The notes beneath the pieces are model-generated. The model was not told the origin of the DNA, made no database searches, and saw only the letters and a program-made list of their open reading frames with translations. Shown here piece after piece: positions 11,272 to 21,283 of a stretch of 34,096 bases of DNA. The position numbers and the translations under genes were made by a program. The stretch is from assembly GCF_001194135.2 (NCBI RefSeq), contig NC_068992.1:54772213-54806308 (forward strand), read 5' to 3'. Each line of letters starts with the position of its first letter. Position 1 is the stretch's first letter. The DNA is from Octopus bimaculoides (lineage: Eukaryota).

Positions 11272-11410
11272 AACGGGCTTTCAGTTTCCGTTTACCAAAT
11301 CCACTCACAAGTTTTTAGTCTTCCTGGAACTATAGGAGAAGACACTTGCTCAAGGTGCCACGCTAAGCATGTGATTCGGAAGCAAACTTCTTACCACACA
11401 GCAACACCTG
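11272..11410 (-). mobile_element. Family-B tRNA-derived SINE (partial)
   Basis: ACGGGCTTTCAGTTTCCG...AAGACACTTGCTCAAGGTGCC...TTACCACACAGC, similar to 11765-11913. Confidence 0.75.
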
Positions 11411-11619
11411 TCTCTCGTGAATAAAGAGATTTTTTAAATCTCTTCATAATTCCAAATACTCTTATTTAATTGTACCTATTCAGGATGTAAATGGATGTAA
11501 CTAAACATCAAACCACTTGTAAATATTTCGATGCTCTACTGATTCTACCATCCACCAAGAAAAAAAAGAGGCTTTATCGAAACAATACTAATGTCACTAG
11601 CATACAAGTCAATGTAGTA

Positions 11620-11720
11620 TATACTCTCTCTTTTACTCTTTTACTTGTTTCAGTCATTTGACTACGGCCATGAAGTAAATACACCAGCATCGGTTGTCAA
11701 GCGATGTTGGGGACACACAA

Positions 11721-11766
<46 letters not shown>

Positions 11767-11913
11767 GACGGGCTTCTTTCAGTTTCCGTCTACCAGATCC
11801 ACTCACTGAGGCTATAGTAGAAGACACTTTCCCAAGGTGCCACGCAATGGGACTGAACCCAGAACCATGTGGTTCGTAAGCAAGCTACTTACCACACAGC
11901 CACTCCTGCGCCT
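11620..11913 (-). mobile_element. Family-B tRNA-derived SINE with internal (CA)/(TA) microsatellite
   Basis: Reverse complement of the element at 20507-20910; head AGGCGCAGGAGTGGCTGTGTGGTAAG...GGGTTCAGTCCC. Confidence 0.8.
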
Positions 11914-11922
11914 ATATAGTGT

Positions 11923-12066
11923 AAACATTCAAACATCCTCAATATTTCCCCAAATCCTGCTGCATTTCACAGGGAGTTTTGGGTCTTCTTAAGTATAAGT
12001 CGACCTATCATATTTTGGTTGCAAACTTTGGTCTGAAAAATTCGACTTGTATGCCGGAAGATACGG
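11923..12066. mobile_element. 5'-truncated copy of a TA-flanked MITE (right TIR retained)
   Basis: Colinear with 12705-12859; ends GGAAGATACGG|TA. Confidence 0.7.
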
Positions 12067-12117
12067 TACTTAAAATAAAATAATGAAACAAAAGTTCCAC
12101 AACTTAATAAAACTCAC

Positions 12118-12238
12118 CTGTGATCAGTAGGTATTAATTCTGGTAGATAACTCCACAGATCTGCAAAGGCCCCAGAGATGCCAAACATACCCAAAAACGT
12201 GGCAACTGAAATCAGTACACGTAGGCTACTGTTTTTAC
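12118..12238 (-). CDS. SLC22-family transporter, exon 8 (TM10)
   Basis: ttttgccattccAG acceptor, GTGAGT donor; (S)KNSSLRVLISVATFLGMFGISGAFADLWSYLPELIPTDH(R) gives the ELxPTxxR motif; 121 nt, phase 1/2. Confidence 0.92.
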
Positions 12239-12654
12239 CTGGAATGGCAAAAAGTGGAGAAAAGCATAAATTAGTACAGGTTTACAAACTTGGAGGAGGA
12301 AAGAAAATCTAATTTTGTTAGTTTCGTTTCTTGTTTAACTCAGTGTAAGTAACGAAACACAAGCCAATGAAACCAGTAATACTTCTCAAATCATTAAAAA
12401 ATATCACCTCTTATTTTGTTAACATTTTCAATGTCCTTTTGCTAGAATTCAGTGCCCCATCATTTTTAGATTATATATACATAATAACAGACCAGTGTAA
12501 TTTAGTTTGGGCATTATTTTGACGCAGGTAACTCCTACTTATAACACAATAACCGTATTATGAGCGAATACCAATGGTAGCAAATACTCTGTTTTGTTTA
12601 TTTTATTTATTTACTTATTCTTACTTCAAAGTTGTTGATGTTGTCTTAGTTATA

Positions 12655-12859
12655 ACGTATTTTCCGGCATGCAAGTCGTATTTTATAGCGTAACCATGTA
12701 GCCCAAACATTCAAATATCATCATTATCTTTCCAAATCTTGCTGCATTTCACATGGAAGTTTTGGTCTTCCAAAGTCATCTTGGTGTTTAAGTCAATCTA
12801 TTTTTCTGTGGCTGTAAATTTTGGTCTGAAAATTTCGACCCGTGTGCTGGAAAATGCGG
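12655..12859. mobile_element. Tc1/mariner-type MITE with TA TSDs
   Basis: TA|ACGTATTTTCCGGCATGCAAGTCG ... CGACCCGTGTGCTGGAAAATGCGG|TA, imperfect ~30-bp TIRs. Confidence 0.7.
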
Positions 12860-13437
12860 TAGTTGTGGTTGTCTGTTATTATTGTTGCTATTATTGCTGT
12901 GATTGTAACCAACAAACAGTTTATCAGAACATTGCATTTCAAATTTAAAAACATATTTTTTTCAATAGAGGAAAAATATTAAAAAACAAAACAAAACCAA
13001 AAAGTGCACAGATACATTTATCACTTCTTCCTACCACATACTGCGCTCTTCATTCCCTGTTTCCGTTTAAAATTCCCCATCGTTCTCAAGGGGTGTGATA
13101 TCGCTTATTTTGAGAAGTACTGAATGGGACAATCATTAATGATACAATAACCACGTCGTTTTAATAATAAACTGTACCGAAACTAACTTCCATCTAGATG
13201 AAACTACATTAGTAACAGGTACCATGGATATAGTACAGAAATATTTCAGAGATATAAGATATTGAACATATACTCAATAACATAGCATGTTCCACTCTCA
13301 AATAATAAGTCAGTATGTAGATGGAATGTTGTATGGGGCAGAACCATGGTCTAAATTGTCGATAGAAGTCCTTTTATTTTAGTTACGCCACTAAATTCAA
13401 AAGAAAAACAAATGAATGTTACTCTTGCTCCTTTTAA

Positions 13438-13627
13438 CCCATTACCTACTTGTGATATTAAAATGAGGTTTGCTAATTTTTCATTCAATATCTCGCTTAT
13501 TTCTATTTAAAATGTTATTTTGAAATGTTATTTTGATCATTCCAGCGTGTTTCTAAGGCTGTTTTATGCTAGAAATCAAAGTTTCATAAAAAAAATTCCA
13601 GTTAATAGAATTATGGGAGGTAATGGG
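13438..13627. mobile_element. piggyBac-type MITE
   Basis: TTAA|CCCATTACCTAC ... GGAGGTAATGGG|TTAA: 11/12-bp TIR, CCC/GGG termini, TTAA TSDs. Confidence 0.8.
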
Positions 13628-15465
13628 TTAAGGTTTCTACTGAAATACTGGTGCTCTGTGTCTCATTACAGGGAAGACAATGTTCGGAATTTATTCTGGT
13701 TTTACTTTAATAAATGAACCGAATTCATTAGCTATTTGGCACACATTTATAATGAGGTAAACTAGGCATTCCAGAGCTTTGTGTCTTAGTGACAGTTACA
13801 ACTCAAATGTAGCAACAAGATACGAATTATTGATCTCTCGGTTTCAAGACCGTGTCTCCAGTATCCTATCCACGAAGCCATCTATCATTATGAACACCTA
13901 TAAATTACATGTGAAAGTCGAAGGTGATATTCGTTTGTAGACTCCGAAACGGTCTGTTTATATTATCATCTTCCCTAGTTTTGTGTTTTAGCAAATGATG
14001 TAGCACTTCACTGAAATTATGACAGAATGCCTGAGGGTTAAATATACACATAATCTAACAGTTTCATGATGGTCTATGGCCCTGGTTATAGGCCTGATAT
14101 CATAAAGCATCAATAAAAATGATGGCTTTGATTTTAAGATGATGAGAAGATTTGTATTTTGTGTTTTATTTCTCAGGCAGTAAAGGCAAGTCTGTCATCG
14201 ATAACCCTCTCGGAAATTGTGATATCTGTTTTGACATCCAACTAAACTTGTGGTATGAACGATTCAAAGACAACATGAGTTGCTGGGAGAGCAGCAGATT
14301 AGGACTGAGAACACCTTGTATAGTAGCAACGACGTGCAAATGTACTCATTTACTTACTTCACCTTCACAAATTCAACCGATGACAAAAAACAAATATCAA
14401 GGTGTGTAGATGGCCAAAAGGTAAACGACATCTATTGTAGCCTAGTATTGCTAATATATAATTCAACCTCATAATGAGCTTTCTTTACGTAGTTAATGTA
14501 ACAAGGAAAGTCATGATTGTCTCAATATCCTCCTAGTCAAAATGAAAGCAATATCTAAGACACTTCGTCATTTATATTCACCAATTATGTTTGTACTGAC
14601 TCAAAGAAGGCAATAAATTTTGCCAGATGACATGAAATATCCAAAATGATTTCAGAAAAAGATATTATAAAGAATTAATAACGACAGAACAAGATTAGAA
14701 GAGCCATCATCAGTAGAGGAGTGAGCAAGAGAGGAATATATATGTGTATGTGTGTGAGTGTGTGTGTGTGTGTATGTGTGTGTACGTATATATATATATA
14801 TATATATATATATANNNNNNNNNNNNNNNNNNNNNNNNNNNNNNNNNNNNNNNNNNNNNNNNNNNNNNNNNNNNNNNNNNNNNNNNNNNNNNNNNNNNNN
14901 NNNNNNNNNNNNNNNNNNNNNNNNNNNNNNNNNNNNNNNNNNNNNNNNNNNNNNNNNNNNNNNNNNNNNNNNNNNNNNNNNNNNNNNNNNNNNNNNNNNN
15001 NNNNNNNNNNNNNNNNNNNNNNNNNNNNNNNNNNNNNNNNNNNNNNNNNNNNNNNNNNNNNNNNNNNNNNNNNNNNNNNNNNNNNNNNNNNNNNNNNNNN
15101 NNNNNNNNNNNNNNNNNNNNNNNNNNNNNNNNNNNNNNNNNNNNNNNNNNNNNNNNNNNNNNNNNNNNNNNNNNNNNNNNNNNNNNNNNNNNNNNNNNNN
15201 NNNNNNNNNNNNNNNNNNNNNNNNNNNNNNNNNNNNNNNNNNNNNNNNNNNNNNNNNNNNNNNNNNNNNNNNNNNNNNNNNNNNNNNNNNNNNNNNNNNN
15301 NNNNNNNNNNNNNNNNNNNNNNNNNNNNNNNNNNNNNNNNNNNNNNNNNNNNNNNNNNNNNNNNNNNNNNNNNNNNNNNNNNNNNNNNNNNNNNNNNNNN
15401 NNNNNNNNNNNNNNNNNNNNNNNNNNNNNNNNNNNNNNNNNNNNNNNNNNNNNNNNNNNNNNNGC

Positions 15466-15507
<42 letters not shown>

Positions 15508-16007
15508 GCACATATGTAATATCATATGGACAATAACCTCATAACGTGCATATCAAAGCTCCTATACGGTTATCGGCTACCATATGCCATCTTATAGCGG
15601 GATTACTCCTTTTACTGGATATATATGTGGAAATCCGTTAGTGTCTGCAGAATTCATACACACTCACGCATGCGCGCACACACACATTTATATATCAAAA
15701 CGCAAACGTTAAAATGTGCTTATTAGCAAACGTGTATACGGATAGTTCAGCCTGTTTTAGTAGGTCTGCCACAGCTGGTCTGCCTTTATACTATGTAGAC
15801 AATTTAGTAAAGATAATACTTGTTTGAGGTTAAAAATTTACTTTCTGAAACATACAACCATACAGACTGGTTTCGTGCAAGACAATTTTTCCACGGACCG
15901 AGATATCACACACATAGCAAAATACAATAAGGTGCATAATATACGATTAATTATTACATATATAATGCATAATACATACACACGCACGTACACACAGACA
16001 TACATAC

Positions 16008-16048
<41 letters not shown>

Positions 16049-16383
16049 CGCATGCACGCACATGTGTGTGTGTATGTATATGTATTACATACATAATAAA
16101 TATTTAATACAAAAATTCCTTGCTGACTGCCATAGTCAATAAAATAGAAATAAAATTTAAAAATTTATTCTTTCTCTGCAACCCGGTTCCAAAGGATTCA
16201 CGGTCCATTGGCTGGGCACCTTGCTCTAGAACATACGGTGAATTTTTAAGGGTTATTTTTGGAAAAAAGATTAAAAATGTTGCCGAGCGATCTGATCAGT
16301 GTTTTGTCGTTAAATTTAAATCTGGTTTATCTTTCCCAGGATTAGAAATAATCTGCTGTTAATTTATAGTGGCCAACACTTAC

Positions 16384-16469
16384 TTAGGACGATATTTAAA
16401 ACAGTTGTAGCGATCAATGATAATGATCCGATTGAAAAGTGAAATACTAGAGTCTTCTTTCGCCCGAAC
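16384..16469 (-). CDS. SLC22-family transporter, exon 7 (TM9)
   Basis: Long pyrimidine tract plus AG at 16471-16470, GTAAGT donor; (W)FGRKKTLVFHFSIGSLSLIATTVLNIVL is the second GR(K/R) motif; 86 nt, in frame. Too short to appear in the ORF track. Confidence 0.9.
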
Positions 16470-16650
16470 CTATTGTAAAGAGAAAAGAAAATTTCAAAGG
16501 TTAGTTTGAATAAATACAAAACGAGTGACACCTTGAGTGTCTTCTACGATAGCTCCGAGTCGATCAAAGCTTTGTGAATAAAATTTGGCAGATAGAAACG
16601 GTAGAAACCCGTTTGGGAGATCGTTGCTATTTTTAGGGAGTGGTTAACTT

Positions 16651-16862
16651 AATATAGATGTTTTCGATCTAGTTTGGATTCTCTGCCATCAAATTTAAAT
16701 TCTTTGCCATCAAATTTAAATTCTTTGCAATCAGATTTGAATTCTTTCTAATCAAATTTGATTGCAAAGAATTCAAATTTGATTGCAAAGAATTCAAATT
16801 TGATGGCAAAGAATTTAAATTTGATGGCAAAGAATCCAAACTAGATCGAAAACATCTATATT
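16651..16862. repeat. 212-bp near-perfect palindrome (foldback) built from inverted 21-bp subrepeats
   Basis: Arms of 106 bp with about 5 mismatches and no spacer (centre AAA|TTT at 16756/16757); unit TTCTTTGC(C/A)ATCAAATTT(A/G)AA, four copies per arm. Confidence 0.95.
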
Positions 16863-17205
16863 CAGTATAACACATTAGTTGGCCCATAGGCACCTTTATT
16901 GGAGTCCAATCTATTGAAAGTGTTCGGGGCAAGTTTTGGATCCGTGGAGAATTTCGTTTATTCCTTTTACTAGTGATGGTAGTCTTGAAAATGTTATGGG
17001 CATTATTCTTCTTTCAAAGGCCAAGTCATTAAAAATTAATTAACTAATTAATTAATTAATTACTCGATCAATTAATTAGATAATTAATTAATCAACAAAT
17101 TAATTAATTAATCAATTAATTAATGGGCTTGTATTACACAAGTTCCTTTCAGATAGGCAGTGGTAGGACATAATGAATATGCAAAAACAGTAATTTTGTA
17201 CGCAC

Positions 17206-17340
17206 CATTCAAAACCTTTCCACAACGTGCTCATTGCCATCATTTCGCAAAAGGAATTAATGAAGAAGTTTAAGTAGTGACTTCCTTCCAAAGATCCTGA
17301 TGTAAGATACAATCCATAATATGAAAGGGCAGCCATGAAC
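17206..17340 (-). CDS. SLC22-family transporter, exon 6 (TM7-TM8)
   Basis: ttttAG acceptor, GTGCGT donor; (W)FMAALSYYGLYLTSGSLEGSHYLNFFINSFCEM carries the YYGL, L-x-G-x-x-YLNF and TM8 Glu motifs; 135 nt. Confidence 0.93.
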
Positions 17341-17400
17341 CTAAAAGAACAAATCAGGATAGAGATTAGTCGCAATGTTTTATAAGATTAGTCGCACATT

Positions 17401-17699
17401 ATTTACATTATTTACATTGGACGGATATGTGTCCTCGTCTTGTTTGTTGTTACCACAACGTTTCGGTTGATTTACTCTCCAGCCTTCATCAGGTACCCTG
17501 GTAGAATTTTGAACCCAACCCTGGGTTATCATTCCTCGGGTATTTTTTTACTGATGTTATTATTATTATTATTATTGTTGTTGTTGTTGTTATTATTATT
17601 ATTAATATTATTATTATTATTATTCAAGCCACTGCTTGGAACTGAACTCGGAATCTTGGGGTTAGTAGCCCGTGCTCTTAACCATTACGCTATAAGCCC
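17401..17699 (-). mobile_element. tRNA-headed SINE with (TAA)n linker and 3' hammerhead module
   Basis: Minus strand: tRNA head 17699-17628 (A box TAGCGTAATGG, B box GAGTTCAGTTCC), then (TAA/CAA)n, then AAAAATACC...CTGATGAAGGCTG...CAACCGAAACGTT, then an (AATGTAAAT)2 tail. Confidence 0.7.
17454..17495 (-). ncRNA. Minimal hammerhead ribozyme motif (Penelope-type, palindromic ACGU stem III)
   Basis: UAC-CUGAUGA-A-GGCUG-loop-CAACC-GAAA-CGU-U-GUG; core intact, stem II 4/5 paired, stem I only 3 bp. Confidence 0.65.
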
Positions 17700-17713
17700 G
17701 TGGGCCTTGAATA

Positions 17714-17789
<76 letters not shown>

Positions 17790-17793
<4 letters not shown>

Positions 17794-18129
17794 CTATTGT
17801 CATAGGTGCCCTGGGAATGACAGCGAAACGGGCTGATTACTACCTAGATCAGATTCCAGGAAACCCCAAAATGGCTGAAGTTCAAAAGATAGTGCTCATG
17901 GGAACTGCCCATATCCTACGTAAAATACTGTCTATGTGATCTCAAATTTTAAAGCAAACACATAATTTTCTTATGGTTTCTTAAACATTCACTTGAACAA
18001 AACTGTACAAATCCAAATATATGGTACTCTAGGCATAACACCTACATGAACTTCTAACTTGTTGTCTCTTGAGGTCTCTGGGTGAGACTTGGATCCAACT
18101 TGTACAAATGCAAAACAAAAGTCAAACAT
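17790..18129 (+). mobile_element. 5'-truncated 3' end of an RLE-bearing non-LTR retrotransposon (R4/Dong-like) in a (TAA)n tract
   Basis: IPIVIGALGMTAK...VQKIVLMGTAHILRKILSM* (stop at 17939) matches the PxVIGALG...Q...L.GT..ILR..L C-terminus of restriction-like endonuclease ORFs; about 190-nt 3' UTR; (TAA)n on both sides. Confidence 0.75.
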
Positions 18130-18235
18130 AAAATAATAATAATAATAATACCTTAGGAATGAGAATTCAGGGTTGGGTTCAAAATTCCACCAGGACACCT
18201 GATGAAAGCTGGAGAGTAAATCAACCGACACGTTT
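18130..18235 (+). mobile_element. Second, inverted and truncated copy of the (TAA)n-hammerhead module
   Basis: Reverse complement of about 17457-17545; CTGATGA at 18199-18205 but GAAA mutated to GACA. Confidence 0.8.
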
Positions 18236-18249
18236 AGGAATTTAGGAAG

Positions 18250-18652
18250 AGGTTTCGTCGCAAACGGCCAAAGCTCTTTCACTTGGACAACGCACTAGTC
18301 CACAGTTCCATCCTGGTAACCGATTACTTGCATGAGATGGGAATCAAAACCGTCCCTCACCCTCTCTACAGACCAGACCTTGCTTCCTCTGACTTTTGGT
18401 TGTTCTCCAAGCTAAAAGAGAATCTCAGGTGAAGTCGTTTTAAAGACATTAAGAAGATGAAGACTGTGACAAGGATCTTGGAAGCCTTCACTTTGGAGGA
18501 TTCCCGTGAGGCCTTCGTGAAGTATCTGAAGCACTACAAGTGCATTGAAGTCAAGGGGACCTATTTGTAAGGAGATTAGAATTTGGTACTTCTTTGAAGT
18601 TAATAAAAGACATCCGAATATTGCGTTATTAACCTTGAAAGAACCTGTCATA
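18250..18652 (+). mobile_element. mariner (DD34D) transposase pseudogene, 3' part with right end
   Basis: ...HLDNALVH...HPLYRPDLASSDFWLFSKLK...KCIEVKG; in-frame stop. Confidence 0.9.
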
Positions 18653-19076
18653 TAAACGTTTGTTGCATAAAGCACACACATAGATCGTAGTAGACGAGAA
18701 TCGTCTATCATGGGCGTTGGAATTCCCATATCACCTGATTTCATTCTCCTGGACATCATCAGTAGGANNNNNNNNNNCACACACATAGATCGTAGTAGAC
18801 GAGAATCGTCTATCATGGGCGTTGGAATTCCCATATCACCTGATTTCATTCTCCTGGACATCATCAGTAGGAGGCGTCCGGTCACCACATACAAGGCAAC
18901 TCTCGTTGTTATGATACATAGAATATCAGCATCTTTTCAAAGACACACACACACACACATACACACACACTTTATCTGTTTTTTCATTGCAGTTAGTCGG
19001 CCATGTAGTAAATAGAAACCGCAATTCAAACTGCTTAAGAACTAAGTTTGGTGCGGCGAACAAAGTGATTACTTAC

Positions 19077-19463
19077 CAGCAATACAAATTAATGCACATG
19101 ATGAGACATAACGTGGGATTAGTAAACAATACCCATACTCTTGTGTCTTCAGGCATTACTGACAATTTTCTTTCTGCATGGAATTCGGCACCATATTCAG
19201 GGGCTGTTGTGTTACTATTGATAAAGGAATTGCTTTCATGGTCTTGATGAATAGCAGAAATGGGAGCTTCAGAATGTAGGGCAATTTCTTCAGGTGGAGC
19301 TTCTTTCTCCGAAATTGGTATGAGTTCGGTTGCTGCTGCGACGTGGGTATTCCAGATAGTGTCAAAATCTAGATTATTCGTTTTGGCAGTCCTTTTAATT
19401 AGTGACTCAGCTTTATCTAAATAACCTTTCGCGAAAAGCCAACGTAAGGATTCTTCCATGAAA
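19077..19463 (-). CDS. SLC22-family transporter, exon 5 (central cytoplasmic loop, start of TM7)
   Basis: atttcAG acceptor, GTAAGT donor; FMEESLRWLFAKG...AE-x-I-x-R-x-A-x-x-N is the PESPRWL-like motif; 387 nt, phase 2/2. Confidence 0.93.
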
Positions 19464-19479
19464 CTGAAATATGAGATAG

Positions 19480-19965
19480 ATGAATAACAACAACAAAAAC
19501 AACAACAACAACAACAATAATAATAATGATAATAATAATAATAATAATAATGACGACGACGACGATGATGATGATGATTTGTTTTATTGACCGCGGGGGC
19601 CCAAAGCATGGAGGACAATATCAAAGGACGAGGTACAACACACAGAAGAAGAAGAAGAAGAAGAAGAAGAAGAAGAAGAAGAAGAAGAAGAACAACAACA
19701 ACAACAACAACAACAACAGCAAGAACAAGATGAAGAAGAAGAAGAAGAAGAAGAACAACAACAACAACAACAGCAAGAAGAAGAAGAAGAAGAAGAAGAA
19801 GAAGAAGAAGAAGAACGAGATGAAGAAGAAGAAGAAGAACGAGATGAAGAAGAAGAAGAAGAAGAAGAAGAAGAAAGAAAGAAAGAAAGAAAGAAGGAAA
19901 GAAGAAGAAGAAGAAGAAAGAGAGAAAGAAAGAAATAAGGAAAGAAAAAGAAGAAGAAGAAGAAG
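19480..19965. repeat. Compound microsatellite: (CAA/TAA/GAC/GAT)n then ~320 bp of (GAA)n/(AAC)n/(GAAA)n
   Basis: Direct reading. Confidence 0.95.
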
Positions 19966-20021
19966 CTTTACATTTTGGTGCATGGCCAGTAGCTTTGAAG
20001 GATATCATCGATCTCAGCACT

Positions 20022-20115
20022 TGATCAGCACTCTATTTTACCGACCCCGGAAGGATCAAAAGCAAAATTGACCTCAGCAAGATTTGAACTTTGAACGTAA
20101 GGAGTCGGAAGAAAT
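20022..20115 (-). mobile_element. Degenerate family-A SINE fragment
   Basis: GACCCCGGAAGGATCAAAAGCAAAATTGACCTC...ATTTGAACT block. Confidence 0.6.
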
Positions 20116-20506
20116 AGTCTTTGTGGTCTTTGTTTGTGCGGTGTATGTATGTGTATGTTTGTTTGTATACGTTTATATGCGTATGTACACCTTTATATTT
20201 AGGAAGAACACTTCCTAGAAGGATGTAGCTGCTTTCTAACAAAGAGACAAAAGTTCTATCACTGGAATTTGAATAACCACAACGATAATTTCTACATATC
20301 AAACTTTAGGAAAGTTTCGCATATCCTTACTGTTTCATTTACAGATTGTCTTTGTAAAGTTCATATAATCTGGTCTTTCTCGTTGCTTGAAAATTCCAGT
20401 TTTTCCAGATTGCTGCTTAGACATTTACTAACATAACCAAGTGTACCAAAAATTATTGATATTGATGTTTTAATTGATAATCGAGGTAGGATAGAGGAGC
20501 TGCAGG

Positions 20507-20910
20507 TTTCGATGTTGTTGTCCGTAGCTTGCTTACGAACCACACGGTTCCGGGTTCAGTCCTACTGCGTGGTACTTTGGGCAAGTGTCTTCTACTATAG
20601 CCTCGGGCCGACCAAAGCCTTGTGAGTGGATTTGGTAGACGGAAACTGAAAGAAGACCGTCGTATATATGTATATGAATATATATATGTGTGTGTGTTTG
20701 TGTGTCTGTGTTTGTCCCCCCCCCCCAACATCACTTGACAACCGATGCTGGTGTGTTTTACGTCCCGTAACTTAGCGATTCGGCAAAAGAGAACGAGAGT
20801 AAGTACTAGGCTTACAAAGAATAAGTCCTGGGGTCGATTTGCTCGACTAAAGACGGTGCTCCAGCATGGCCGCAGTCAAATGACTGAAACAAGAGTAAAG
20901 AGTAAAGAGT
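20507..20910 (+). mobile_element. Family-B tRNA-derived SINE, near full length
   Basis: GGGTTCAGTCC B box, GGGCAAGTGTCTTCTACTATAGCC body, internal (TA)/(TG) tract, (AGAGTAA)n tail. Confidence 0.8.
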
Positions 20911-21080
20911 AAAGAGTATATATTCTCCTTCCCGTTGATTTTGGAAGAGATGTTCGCAAACGCAAAGCAACAAAGCCTTAGTTAATGCCGCTAAGCATTC
21001 TGCTAGCTCACCATCTTAATTACGCAGTAAATATTAAAAAACAAACAAAGAAACAAACAAAAATTGCACATCAAACTTAC

Positions 21081-21283
21081 AGGATGTTGAGGATGACAAC
21101 TACACTGTTACATGCGATAGATAAAGCAGTAGCCCTCCATCCATAAGAGGAAAATAAGTAAGCTTGTAGTACCAGGAACATACAACCAGTAACCCAGTTA
21201 AATCCATATAACATAGCAATGACTGCACGATGTTCGGTTGAAAATAGTTCAATGGCAATGTTTTGGGAAGGAACTGCGATACC
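21081..21283 (-). CDS. SLC22-family transporter, exon 4 (TM4-TM6)
   Basis: tttcAG acceptor, GTAAGT donor; GIAVPSQNIAIELFSTEHRA...YGWR...ILNI contains the E-x(5)-R and WR motifs; 203 nt, phase 2. Confidence 0.93.

Noticed and set aside
16680-16835. 21-bp repeat array as a possible CRISPR (also the 23-bp and 20-bp triplets at 22828 and 23320)
   Set aside because: No unique spacers, eukaryotic context, no cas genes.
18735-18765. Minus-strand CTGATGA...GAAA (also CTGATGA at about 14710, 24252 and 31960)
   Set aside because: No closing stem II pair or no downstream GAAA/UH; chance matches.
18673-18872. Identical ~95-bp tandem duplication
   Set aside because: The copies flank a 10-N gap exactly; most likely an unmerged contig overlap.
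857-20071. Many long ORFs in the track (MYVC/HTYI, poly-I/L/N/Y/K/F, X-runs)
   Set aside because: Translations of microsatellites or N gaps; only the SLC22 exon and transposon segments have real protein signal.
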